From NCBI GenBank assembly GCA_951406725.2, contig OX597815.1, positions 169,942,001-170,006,000 of the forward strand: DNA of 64,000 nucleotides, written 5' to 3'. The stretch's first letter is position 1. Every line of letters begins with the position of its first letter. Shown here piece by piece: positions 1 through 12,987 of this stretch. The stretch is from Octopus vulgaris. Its lineage: Eukaryota. The notes under the pieces are model-generated. The model saw only the letters and a list, made by a program, of their open reading frames with translations. It ran no database searches and was not told the origin of the DNA. A program made the translations under genes and the position numbers.

Positions 1-619
1 AGATACACACACACACACACACACACACATGTGTGTGTTTATATATATATGTAAATATATGTGTCTGTATGTGTGTGCGCGCGGGTGCGTATGAGTGTGT
101 GAGTGTGTACGTGTGTCTGTGTGTCTGTGTGTGTGTGTGCATATCTATGCACTTTCTTCTTGAATGACATGCTTATCGTATTTATATTCAGAATGAGCAG
201 ATTTACAAAATTATCAAGATTATTAAGAGAACTAACAGAAGATATCTTTGTATAGGGACGTTTTGTTTAGTTCTTAAGTGATTTGCTTTCATTGTGAAAG
301 GCCTCCGTAGATAAACATTCAGACTGAATTTAAACTGCAATGACAACAATAGGTTTAAATCGTATTAGTGATACAGAAAATTTCAAAGAATGAGAAATGA
401 ATAAATGTATATCTTGAGCTTAAGAAACAAAATTATATATATATAAACAAAGAAAAAACAAATAAAAAGAAACCCAGGTAAACAAAACTCATAAAAGAGG
501 ATAATTGTTAACAGTAAGCATAAAATGAGCTCGCATATGCTCAAAAAGTCAGAACTAATCGGTTTCTATGGAATAGTAAAATTACACAGTTTGAATAGTA
601 ATATGTACCATAGTAATCA

Positions 620-885
620 CGTGGCCGAGCAGGCTATCAGATTTTGATACACGTCGCTGGTCACAATGCGCTTTTGCATTGTTTAATCCTTTAAAAGACG
701 TTACCCCGCTAACTAGGCAAGCAGGCCAACAATCCTCTTCCTGATCGAAAGAGGGTGCTGGAGCAACGTGAAATGAAGTGTTTTACACAAGAACACAACG
801 AGCCATCCAGTCAGGGAATCGAACCCATGATCTAGTGATCATGTGCAACAGTCTCACCAGTGCAACAGCCTCACCATTAGACCTC
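620..885 (-). mobile_element. SINE family C copy (diverged)
   Basis: GGAGCAACGTGAAATGAAGTG...ACACAAC and GGGAATCGAACC (reverse-complement B box); same modules as copies at 25825 and 47540. Confidence 0.7.
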
Positions 886-1035
886 GCGCCTTGATATGTA
901 CCGTAGTATTTGAAACTAATGTAAAAATATCTTGTTATGTTTCGGGACGGTCACTTGTTTTTTGCCAAACAAATACACGCAGTATATATTCGTTCTTCAC
1001 ATCAGATTTATTATTGGTAATATTTTACGTATTTT

Positions 1036-1079
1036 GTCCGAAAACTTTTCGTCCCACACACTGTGACCTCTTCAGTGAC
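1036..1079 (-). ncRNA. Minimal type I hammerhead-like motif (slightly degenerate)
   Basis: Minus strand reads GTCA-CTGAAGA-G-GTCAC agtgt GTGGGAC-GAAA-AGTTTTC-GGAC: core, stem II, near-palindromic stem III, stem I with one mismatch. Confidence 0.55.
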
Positions 1080-1844
1080 TCTCCATCCCACGTGTCCCCT
1101 GTTTTGTTTAGTTCATTCTGTCTTTCTAGAGTGTGTATCCTTATCTGCGTATACTTTTGCGTCTGTATCTGTGTGAGCGTGCGTGAGTGTGTATGTTTGT
1201 GTATGTGTGTGTGCGTGTCTACGTATTTTGCAATTGTGCTCTGTGTGTGTGTGTGTGTATGGGTTTATGTATGTAAATAGTATGTCTTTATTTTTGTATA
1301 CAGTATAAATAAATCAAATTTAAGCAAATTAACCAAATAGCAGCACATGCATGAACTGCTAATTTAACGTTAAATTTGCAATTGCTGCGATAATTATTAA
1401 CTGGTAATTGAACGGTAAATGTGTAATTTATATACATTGGACCTGCCACCTCACTGTTTTGTTTTTTTTGTCAAGAGTTTCACCTCCAGCCGTTCGTTAT
1501 GTCAGTCGACACACATACACTGACACACCATTTTGCTGTCGTGGCCATAAAGACAGAAAGTTGCCGATACTGCGTAATGTTGTTCACATTAGGATATCAT
1601 TAGAATTAAAAGTGAAATAATATCATGGTCTTATCACATTAGAATTAAAAGTGAAAAAAACAATATTATATCACATTTACAATGTAAATGTTATTCTTTG
1701 AATTTTGACATGCAATACCGAACCAGTGGCAATGTTGTATTGTTTTAATCCAAATGAGAAAAAAAATTACATGATGACACATATGGCGCCTGATATCATT
1801 ACCATGTAAAACTTGATTTGATTTTTTTGATTAGGTTGATATAC

Positions 1845-1907
1845 AGACACACACACACGCACACACATACACACATACTCACACACACACATATGCATGT
1901 ATGTATG

Positions 1908-1941
<34 letters not shown>

Positions 1942-2125
1942 TGTATGTATGTATGTATGCGTGTGTATATAGTGTAAACTGCCGGGGAGAAACAGAGAGG
2001 GAGAAACAGAGAACGCGAGAGAGTGAGAAAGAGAAACAGAGAGGAGACGATGAACAAAAGAAAGAATATGAGTAATGAGTATATATACTACATAACTATT
2101 ATATACTCTCTTTCTCCCTCTCTCT

Positions 2126-2195
<70 letters not shown>

Positions 2196-2280
2196 CTTAT
2201 ATATATTTATATATGTTACATATATATATATTATATTATATATACATATATATATATATTATATTACACACACATACACA

Positions 2281-2329
<49 letters not shown>

Positions 2330-2430
2330 TTATCATACATGCATACAGACATTCATACATACAGACATACATGCATACATACGTACATGCATACATACAT
2401 ATGTACATATGTGTGTGTGTATGTGTGTCT
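1845..2430. repeat. Compound microsatellites (CA)n/(TATG)n/(CT)n/(TA)n
   Basis: Directly visible. Confidence 0.95.
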
Positions 2431-2840
2431 GTATCAGGCACGTGCTGTCAGTAATTACTCAGGGTAGGCAGTTGGTGATTTTTATGTAGTGAAACACAAA
2501 AAATAAGCGAAACGCAGAAGCGCGACTGAGTTAAAAGCAGATTTCTTTCTGCCTTTATAGCACGTAAAGAAAACGGTGTTGTAGGAGTGTACGCAGCATG
2601 TGTACTACGGCAGTACTATGCGTAGCTTAAATACTGAGATTGAAAAGCAGGGGTGATTTATGCCTACCTGATTTTCCAAAAAAAAAAATATTTTGCCTTT
2701 TATGCATAGTAATCAGAGTAACCGTTATAATTTTATTGAATTAGGTGCATATTTTGCCCTAAAAGGAAAATGTTGCTATCGATCTATCTTATTCAAGGTA
2801 GGCACTGCCTACCTTGTCTACGTAGGGACACGTCCGTGAC

Positions 2841-2874
<34 letters not shown>

Positions 2875-2986
2875 GGCACAAAGGGAAAACCCTTTAAACT
2901 TACTAATATATTATTAGGGATGGGAATAAAGTGGAAGTTTACAAAAAGTTTTGTTTTTATCATTGTTATATTTTGAATTACATATA

Positions 2987-3432
2987 TACGAGAGGAAACA
3001 TTCGCTGTGGGACAAACCCTTAGTAGTTCGAATTTCCGCGGGCTAGAAGCCACTTCATGCGACCCTCAGGCATCAATCTGCCAACCGACATCGTCCAGTT
3101 ACGTCGTACTACCTCGCGGTGCGTCTTTGTTTTGCAGTACTTCTCCCCAGTCTATCGATTTTGCGATAGCTGAAACGAAGGAACAGCGTGCTTCCGTGAA
3201 ATTCTGTTTTCTGCTTGGGAAAACGATGCCAAAGCAGTTGTCATGCTTCAGATAGCTTACAGGGTTGCTGCCATGAACAAAACACAATTTTACGAGTGGT
3301 TTCTACGCTTTATGAATGGTTACCTGCCGCTTGAAGACCAACGTCGTTCTTGACGACCGTCAACCTCCCAAACGAATGAAAAAATCAGGAAAATTCATGA
3401 ACTGATCTTGGAGGACCGTCACCGAACAACAG
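2987..3432 (+). pseudogene. Mariner transposase N-terminal relic
   Basis: EQRASVKFCFLLGK, then frameshifted ...YEWF.RF..G...LED..RS.RPSTS, typical of the mariner HTH region; has stops and frameshifts. Confidence 0.8.
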
Positions 3433-3436
3433 ACAC

Positions 3437-3599
3437 AGGAGTAGCTGTGTGGTAAGAGCTTGCTCAGTCTGCCAACCGACATAGTTCCAGGTTCAGTCGT
3501 ACTACTGCGGTGGTACTTTGATGTCTTCTACAGTACTTCGGGTCGACCAAAGCCTTGCGAGTGGATTTGGTAGACGGAAACTGAAAGAAGCCCATTATT

Positions 3600-3646
<47 letters not shown>

Positions 3647-3914
3647 ATTGAATACGTATCGCCACCGTGGCCACTGCATCGAACACTTTGAACATATAGC
3701 ATGAATGAACTTACTTCAAACTATATTTGAACTTTAAGATGTCTGACTCCGTTGTGTATTGTAAATGAATTTCTTGTGTTTGACGGCATGAGCTGTCTTT
3801 TCTTATATATAACTTTTTTTGATAAGGTTCATTTCAGGAACTGAAACATGTTATAATGTATATATAAAAATTAAAAATTGTATAATATAGCAGCATTTTC
3901 GAACTTCATTTTTT

Positions 3915-3954
<40 letters not shown>

Positions 3955-4162
3955 CATACACGTGTGTGTGTATGTGCCTCTGTTTATCCCCACCATCGCT
4001 TGACAACCGATGTTGGTGTGTTTACGTCCCCGTAATATAGCGGCTCGGCAAGAGACCAATAGAATGAGTTCTAGGCTTACAAACATGAAGACCTGGAGCC
4101 AATTTGTTCGACTAAAGACGGTGTTCCAGCATGGCCGCAGTCAAATAACTGAAACAAGTAAA

Positions 4163-4164
<2 letters not shown>
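3437..4164 (+). mobile_element. SINE family A copy; its internal (TA)n is interrupted by a 277-bp insertion (3642-3918)
   Basis: Head ...GTGGATTTGGTAGACGGAAACTGAAAGAAGCCC at 3437-3600; tail ...CCAGCATGGCCGCAGTCAAATAACTGAAACAAG at 3962-4164. Confidence 0.85.
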
Positions 4165-4239
<75 letters not shown>

Positions 4240-5055
4240 TGTATGTATGTATGTATGTATTAATGTAAACATCAAGAAAGGGAGAGGAGAGAGAGACAGA
4301 GACAGAGAGAGAGAAAGAGAGATGAAATATGATACCGAGATTATAAAAATTTAATGTATAATTTGATATTGATAATTTACAGTTTAGAGATAAAATAGTT
4401 ATCGCACGGGTGTGAATATTGTCTAGACGTCGAAGCGAATAGAATGCAGCTCATAATAAAATGATCAAGCGGAGATACTCGCCCGACTTTTTATAGTGAC
4501 GATATGCAAGAACTTAGGCATCAAGGGAAAGGGACATCACAGAAATAGTAAATGGTTTACGGCACAAAAAAGAAAACCCTTTAAACTTACTAAAATATTA
4601 TTCGGGATCCCTTATCTCTACTAAGTACAGAAGCAGATGTGTTACGTAAGATTAATATTAATTTTGAGGATCTGATAAAAAAACTTTGTATAAACAACAC
4701 CAATAACAACAAAAACAAGAATAATCACAACTATTTTATTTCCAGTTTTCCAAAATGCATCTTCTTTGAGAAACTCACAATCCATGGGATTATCTCTGGT
4801 TATTGTATTGTTAAGTGCAGGAGAAACAAATTTCATCACCAGACAAAACATGCCTTTTCCTGTAGAATGAATGAAACTGGACACTACAAACCAAAGAGTC
4901 CACTCATTAATGCCACAATAACTTTATTGTTATCAGTTATCATGCTATATTTATCGTGATAGCTATCTAGAACTTTGTAGACTCATCTCTAAGTATAGTT
5001 AATTTGTTAATTTCTCCTCTTTATAATTTGAAATCTAACGATGTATCATTATCAA

Positions 5056-5610
5056 AGGCGCGCTAGCAGAACACTCGAGACAAAATGATTAGGCGGCATT
5101 TTATCAGGCTCCTTACGCTCTGAGTTCAAATGCCGCCGTGATTGACATTACTTTTCATCCTTCTAGAATTGGTAAAATAAGCATCAATTGAGCACTAGGT
5201 TCAATCTAATCGATTGCCCCATCCCTTCAAAATTCCTAGTCTTGTGCCAAAATTAGAAAGAACCAATAAGGGTGGTCCGCAGAGGTCGACTTTGCTTTTT
5301 TCTTATCGGGATTGACAAAAAGTACTTGTTGTTTATAGGGGACGATGTAATCAACAGCCCCACCCTAAAAACTGCTGGTCTTGTGTCAAAATTGGAGAAA
5401 TTTTTGATGGCAGTGAATTGGCAGATCCGTTAAAGCGCCCGGAAAAATAATTGCCTTATTTGCACGAGCTTTTTTACGTTCAGAGTGCAAACGCTGAGGT
5501 CATGCTTACCTTTCATCACTTCGGTGTCAAAAACATAAAGTATCAGTTGTCGATCCTATCAACTACTTCCTTTACCCTCAAAAGTGTTTGCTTTGCGTCT
5601 AAATTAGAAA
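5056..5610 (+). mobile_element. Cluster of diverged SINE family B copies
   Basis: CTGAGTTCAAATGCCGCC...TTTCATCCTT...AAAATAAGCA modules repeated. Confidence 0.7.
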
Positions 5611-8208
5611 CAATTGTTATATCTCCTGTTTAGTCAAGTTTATGTCAAATCCTATAGAGGGCTTCTGTTTTTGATGCTATTATTGTTTATCCCTAAATCA
5701 TCTCTGATAATGCAGACCTAGTAATAATAGATCTTCCTGTCTTGGCCATTCATTTTATTTTTAGACATATTGCATCCAGGCTTACATAATCCAGTGTTAT
5801 TGTTCTTAAAAAAGGTAAGTTGTGAATTGATAGAGATTTGGCCGTTGTTTCTAGCAATCAATTGATTGTATAGAGACATTCCCATTGTCACACTCACAGA
5901 AAGCCTTATTTGGTTGACTTTTTATGATATTCTTATGATATGCAAGTTGTCTCAGTTTGTCAAGTAGACTACGATAAGGTATGTGATGGTGTTATTATAT
6001 TATCTGTTAGGCGAGAAGGCAGTGCTCTTGACCCCTTATAGAGCTTTCGAGAGTGGTCGGTGGGAGCGAAGAAGGTATCCCCAAACAGGAGACAGCCCTA
6101 ATACTTACAACAGAGTGTCTATATTTAGTTATCTTTCAAGCAGCAACCTCGAAGGCTTCTAAAATTCGAATTGATAGGGTATTGAATCGAACACCACAGT
6201 GATTTATCGGCATTCATATCATGACACCAGCAATGAAATATGTACATCGTCGAGACAGCTCTCAATTGTTCAGTCGGTCTATCTCTAACATGACGGATGT
6301 TCTAATATCGTAGGTCACAGCCTCAGCTCTATTACTCATAGTATTTCAGATAATATTTTTAAAAGAATGAATGGTTACACAGCTTCACAGAATTCACATG
6401 TCGATGAAGAGGAAAGTTATTCGGAATAGATTGAAAATATATCCACTTTCTGAAGAGATTAAAAGTTAAAATATATTTCAGTCTAGAAACGTATCTGTTA
6501 AACAATTGTTATCAGTTGAATTTATACCTAATAAGCTCCAATACTTACGTAGATAAAATCTTCGTAGTTATATTTTAAAAGTCCTGTTATTAAAACTTAT
6601 AAACATACTAAAAGATTGTGTTCGTTTATGTTTTTTCTTCTACCCACCAAAATTATTAACCACATAAATCTCGTATAGATTTTCAAATGCTTTAAATATT
6701 TTCAACGGGTTTTCTGTGTTATATTAGATGGAAGCGTGGATATGGTTATGCAACCTAAGAAGGCTTAACTAATGTAAGGAAGTACTGTGAACATAATACA
6801 AAATGCTAATCAGCATGTTCTGAAATGTTTAAGTAAATAAATTTCCTGAGTCATGCATTTATTGCTGATGTTTCGATGCTTCATTTCCTAACCCAGAAAG
6901 AAATAATCGATCGTATGTTATTTGTAATTAGTATAACTTGACACGAATCAATAGCAAAAGGAGTTGACTATTGATCAATAGTTGACTTGGAAGCATCCAT
7001 GACCTATAGAGAGAAAAAGAATTTTATTTGCTTTTGCCAAAACTATTGGAGAGGTTTTACAAGAGTTTTACGTCATTGAGAAGTCATTAAAAGCAAATGT
7101 CAACTGAAGAATTATTCTGAACTTTATTTTTCTATTCACGTTTCAAGACTAGAATATTCTTTCCATGCTCGGTTGGAGCTTTAGCCGTCACTCTCATTGG
7201 TCTTTCCTTTTCTTCTTTGAAGAATCAATCGTCCCACGCGCTTTATCTTTTCATTCTTTTCTTTCTATTCTTTTCGATAATTATTTAGCTTTTTCTTTCT
7301 TTCCTTCTTTTTCTTTCTTTCTTTCCTTCTTTTTTCTTTCTTTCTTTTATCTCCCCACTCTACTTCTCAAGTTTTCTTTTTTTTATTAAATTTAATTTAT
7401 TCAACCTCTAAACAAAAACAAAAATACGCATACACAGCAATCATAAAATTTGACAAGATGCTGTGATGTTAAAGTAGAAATTAACAACATTACATGGAAG
7501 CTATTAAAAGCAGCTACCTTACTATACGCTAAATTTATCGCACTGTAGCTATCATTCTAGATGTGACCTGTTGTTATACATCTGAATTCTTCAATGTTTT
7601 ACATTCATATGGCCGTAGGGAATGGTTTCAGGTGTATCGGTTGTTTGTTGTTATCGTTGTTGTTGCTGTGGCTGTTATTGTTCTTATTTAGCTCAAGGTC
7701 ATCTCTGATCAAGCAGACTAATGCTAAAATGTATTAAAATGTATTCCACGCAAGATGAATCCATTTTTTTTTTGTTCAAGAATAGTGTTCTTAAGACTAG
7801 GGCACATTATTTAATGTAACTTCGTTTTTTTTTAAGATGGTAGGAGTTAGTTTAAAGGAAATTTGGCTATTTCTAGCCGACTGAGTATATGTACAGCAGT
7901 ATCTATTTTGATTCTGATATTTTCAAAACGGTTTACTCTACAACGATTCAAATTTTTGCCACTCAATCTCACTAAAACACTGACAACTCTCACGACACCC
8001 TGCTCTGATAAACACTAACTGAAAGTCTTGAGCTGAGATAAATACCATTTATGACCCGTGCAGTACCACAAGTTTTGCAGTTAGATCAAATTGCTTTTCT
8101 CCTCCTCCACAGTGAAATTTAGTAGAATTTACTATCATATAGGCCCCCGTGTTAACAGCAGAAGAAACTCTCTTTGAATGGATTTCTACAAGACTATATA
8201 TACACGGT

Positions 8209-8395
8209 AGTGCGTTGTTGCCCTTCCTGCTTGCATGAGTGCTTTGTGCTATCCCTGCACGCAGGAGTGCGTTGTGCAAGCCATATGTAGGATTGCGTTG
8301 TGTCGTCCTTGTACACAGGTGCATGTAGAGCTCCTCCTTGCACGCAAGTGCGCATAGTGCCATCCCTGCACTCAGGAGTGTGTAGCTCTGTCCTT
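8209..8395. repeat. Degenerate ~28-bp minisatellite
   Basis: About 6-7 units resembling GTGCGTTGTGCTATCCCTGCACGCAGGA. Confidence 0.7.
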
Positions 8396-8512
8396 ACTGT
8401 TGTGGGAATTTAACTGGAGTAGTGATCTTTGAATTTCATTCAGTGTGTTCAGTCAGAGTTGATTGATGTCACACTGCAAATACGGCTACACCACAATATC
8501 TTGATACATGAA

Positions 8513-8692
8513 GGCAGCAAGCTGGCAGAATCGTTAGCACGCTTTAAGTTCTGAGATCAAATTCTGCCGAAGTCGACTTTGCTTTTCATCCTTTTGGGGT
8601 TGATAAAATAAGTTCCATTTGAAAGCTGGGGATCAATGTAATCGGGGTAACCCTCCCCCGAAATTGCTGGTCTTGTGCCAAAACTTTAAATC
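8513..8692 (+). mobile_element. SINE family B copy
   Basis: GCTGGCAGAATCGTTAGCACG...GTCGACTTTGCTTTTCATCCTTTTGGGG. Confidence 0.85.
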
Positions 8693-9664
8693 AATATCTC
8701 GATACACTTCACAACGAGCCAGCGAGGACCTTCTATGTCATCGCTCAACATGCCGGAAATAACAGCCAAATCGGTCAAAAAATTCATCTCACGATCTTAA
8801 AGAAAGAACATACTGCATATGTTGCAAAATATTGTACGTCTCAAATGAAAAATGAATGGTTTAGGTTAGAACGCTTTTGGCCATAGATTATGTGTAAAAC
8901 ATGAACAGAGGTGACCTGGAGATAAACGATAACAGCAACATCTTTTCATAGTTGAACATACTCACTAGATTTATGCAAGAAAACTAACTTTATAGCAACA
9001 ACAAAAGCGATTTAAACGTAACACCATAACGCATCTGATATATGCAAAAGTTGTCAGAGAACATCAATGGTTACGGATCTGTCCAAAACACCTATTAAAG
9101 TAACTACATTCTTAAAAAGTTTCTCCGTTACACGTAGAAAGATCACCAAGCAACTTCATACACAAATAATCCTGAAAAATATACGATTTTGCCCGAAGAA
9201 TAATAATAAAACTGACAGTAACAAAAAAAAAAAGATACCCAAAGAACTGGAAGTAACGTCATCTCGTATCCTAATGTCACAGGTCAGTACAGAATGCATT
9301 TAAAAATTAACACTTCATAATCAAATAAACTTTGTAACCATGACACAAACAATCTAAAAATGCTGCTTGTTACATTAAAGACATTTTATGTGACTAAAAG
9401 ATTTTTATCATCACTCACACCGTTCATTAATTCAGGAAAACACAATTAATAGCAGATCACAGAATATTTACCTGTTTGAATTATACTAAAATCAGACGAG
9501 ACAGAAACAACGGGGGTTGGCTGATAACATACTTAACAAAAGACTGGGAATTTAATTGAAAGATATCGCGAATGACGTTCGTAAGCTAATACGGATAAAA
9601 TACAGAGACACTACAAGTGCAAGCTTTGAAAATAACATATAAGACTTGTAAGCGAAGTACATTA

Positions 9665-9733
<69 letters not shown>

Positions 9734-10070
9734 TGCGTACATATCTATATATACATATTTTATATCGCACGTTTCCGATGACCTCTATTCAACAAAAGTA
9801 AATTATACCAGACAAAACGGAAAATTTGTGTTGGTAGAAATAAATGGGTTTCAGACGAAAATACAATTAGATACCGGTTCAGATGTATCGATAATGAATA
9901 CGGCAACATGGAGTAAGTGGTATAAAAGAACTACTAGGATAGCCCACGGTGTGTCAGGGGAACGAGTTCAATTCTTGTTTTAGCCTACTTCATTGTCTGA
10001 GGGCGTCCACACAACAACATACATACATACATATATACATACATAAATACATATATATATATATATATAT

Positions 10071-10309
10071 AAGTCCCGGGGTCGAGTTGCTCGATTAAAG
10101 GCCGTGCTCCAGCATGGCCGCAGTCAAATGACTGAAACAAGTAAAAGAGTAAAGAGTTAACTCGACCCCGGGACTTATTCTTTCGTAAGCCCAGTACTTA
10201 TTCTATCGGTTCTTTTGCCCAACCGCTAAGTAACGGGGACATAAACACACCAGCATCGGTTGTCAAGCAATGCTAGGGGAACAAACACAGACACACAAAC
10301 ACACACACT

Positions 10310-10358
<49 letters not shown>

Positions 10359-10526
10359 CATATATACGACGGGCTTCTTTCAGTTTCCGTCTACCAAATC
10401 CACTCACAAGGCTTTGGTCGACCCGAGGCTATAATAGAAGACACTTGCCCAAGGTGCCACGCAGTGGGACTGAACCCGGGACCATGTGGCTGGTAAGCAA
10501 GCTACTTACCACACAGCCACTCCTGC

Positions 10527-10527
<1 letters not shown>
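10071..10527 (-). mobile_element. SINE family A copy with inverted 3' tail
   Basis: Body on minus strand at 10159-10527; tail segment on plus strand at 10071-10157. Confidence 0.85.
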
Positions 10528-10566
<39 letters not shown>

Positions 10567-10584
10567 ATATATATATATATATAT

Positions 10585-10640
<56 letters not shown>

Positions 10641-10646
<6 letters not shown>

Positions 10647-10844
10647 TATATAGAAGGAGCTTCTACAGGACTAGAACTGTTTCATTCAATAGAAATCTTC
10701 AGGAAGCAGGAGCTTCCTGAAGATTTCTATTGAATGAAACAGTTCTAGTCCTGTAGAAGCTCCTTCTATATAATAAATTAATTTTACTCTGCTATGTATT
10801 GAGTACCTTATTTACTGTGGTTAACCCCGAATCAACCCGGGACC

Positions 10845-10848
<4 letters not shown>
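10641..10848. mobile_element. Fold-back mini-element (PLE/retrozyme-like) in (TA)n
   Basis: Perfect 67-bp inverted arms at 10641-10707 and 10712-10778, 4-nt spacer, ~70-bp unique tail, (TA)n on both sides. Confidence 0.85.
10708..10764 (+). ncRNA. Type I hammerhead ribozyme
   Basis: Stem I AGGAGCTTC/GAAGCTCCT (9 bp), CTGAAGA 10717-10723, stem II TTC/GAA with a U-U at its base, GAAAC 10736-10740, stem III ACAG/CTGT, cleavage triplet GTA 10753-10755; mirror copy on the minus strand with a 5-bp stem I. Confidence 0.8.
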
Positions 10849-10876
<28 letters not shown>

Positions 10877-10907
10877 CGCGAGAATGAAGCAACAAGAATG
10901 GATAGGT

Positions 10908-10998
10908 TTTTAGTACAATCGTTTCATACAAGGACAGGTTTTATTAAAAGTTGCAAAAATTACAGCATATAAACGTGTCCCGTACTCATCAGCTAAAA
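10908..10998 (-). ncRNA. Type I hammerhead ribozyme (mirror of 12988-13078)
   Basis: Reverse complement of the plus-strand motif, within the left arm. Confidence 0.8.
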
Positions 10999-12515
10999 TA
11001 CATGTGAGTTCTCTAGACATCCTAGTGGTTGAGGCTATACTCATGAAGTAATGTAGATAATTAAGTAACATAAACAGATTTCAAAAGTTCATTAAAGTTC
11101 TTTAAAGATGATGTACAGTCTTATCACAGAATTTTAAAAAAGTCTTAATAGCATCACAGAGAAGGTGACCCAATCCATAGTGCACATATGAATTTCCAGA
11201 GATATGATGAGGGATTACATACTCACAGAAAGCAAATTTATCCATTGTTAATTACAACGAGGTGGGTTTCAATTCCTGCTTATTAGCATTACAGAGAGGG
11301 TGAATTAATCCTTTGTATAGATGCACAATTTCCAATGGTGTAGGTGTAAATTTCCAAGGAATTTCATATTCACAGGCGATAAATTTATCAATGGTTGAAC
11401 ACAATGAGGTAGGTATCAAATCTTGCTATATGATTAGGTATTTGCCACATTAATCACATTACTGCTATTTACAAGAGGCTGTAGCTATTTAACTTTTAAG
11501 GCTGAAGGGCTTACTAGAGCTGTATAGAATAGAAGAGGGAAGGGCATAGAAGAAAAGAGAGAAAATAAAAAAGAGAGAAAATAAAAGAGGAGGGAGCAAA
11601 AAGGGGGGGGGAGGGGGACTCAAAGAGAAGAGAAAAGGAAAAAGAGAATAAGAAGAAGAAAAAGAAAAAAGAGAAAAGAGAAAGAAATAGGGAAGGAAGG
11701 GAAAAAAAGAGAAAAAGAAGAAAAAAAGAAAAAACGAAAAAAGAAGAAAGAAGAAAGAAAAAGAAAAAAGGGTTCTAGTTATACAGAAGAATTAGTAGAC
11801 GACAAGTCTGGTTTTAGTTTACAGGCATCTAGGAATTAGAGGAGAATATTATTCTTTGACCAGTTAAAACAGCTAATTTATTGCTGTTGAAACCAGCTAT
11901 GAATTTAAAGAGAATCTAAAGAGATAACACAGTTAGGGGTTTCGGGGTCAGATGCTAAAATCACCAGAAAATACATTAGGGAAAACTAGGTATAATCTTA
12001 TCAAAAAGTCATTAAAATTTACTTATTTAATTTATTCATTTTATTGTCTTAAGGAGTTGCCGTTATTATTCATACATTGACGGACTACAGGTCAAATCTT
12101 AGAAGATCATTTAAAAGGTGTTAGGGGATTGTCTATCATAATGAAGATAATCATATTATCACCGAGGGAATAGTCTCATTTATTTAATTTTGAAGTAGAA
12201 TTATGGGTCTATAGTAACTCATTTTAATTAATTAGAGTTATGCTAATTAAATTAGATTAAGTTGGGAACTAAAATTAAAAATTACAATTAAGATTTAAAA
12301 TTAAGAATTTAAAAATTTAAAAATTGTGAGTTTGAAATTAAATAAAGCCTCAATTAAGCAGCGAATAAGTGCTATTCATTTCCCTGTTCTCAAAAACTGA
12401 TGCAGATATAGGAAAAAGATAACTGTAGTGTGAGAACTCTTAGTTATCTACTTAAAGCAGTGCTATACCAGTAGAAAACAGGTTATATCAATCTATCTAG
12501 TTACGAATATTCTAA

Positions 12516-12751
12516 TCATTTAAAATATTTTAAATTCTTCAATTTAGCGTGGACACAAACTTGACCTAGTTCGATATGGTTATTCAATAGGTTTCTATGT
12601 TTTCTATGCTTTAGAATTTCATATGTCTCCATGGAGCATAGTTGGCAACCAACCCTACTATTTTTATACGGAATTGCTCTCCTAACTATTTCCCAATTAA
12701 GGTTATAATTTTTATTATTATTTTTGAGTTCCCAGATTTTGTTTGAAAGTG
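12516..12751 (-). pseudogene. C-terminal part of a PLE GIY-YIG endonuclease
   Basis: STLSNKIWELK...NWEIV...Y.....CQLCSMETYEI...LLN...EL...CVH fits the PLE endonuclease C-terminus with CxxC...CxH; the ORF's first codons come from the inverted arm. Confidence 0.8.
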
Positions 12752-12987
12752 TGCTTTCTGTGAGTATGTAATCCCTCATCATATCTCTGGAAATTCATAT
12801 GTGCACTATGGATTGGGTCACCTTCTCTGTGATGCTATTAAGACTTTTTTAAAATTCTGTGATAAGACTGTACATCATCTTTAAAGAACTTTAATGAACT
12901 TTTGAAATCTGTTTATGTTACTTAATTATCTACATTACTTCATGAGTATAGCCTCAACCACTAGGATGTCTAGAGAACTCACATGTA

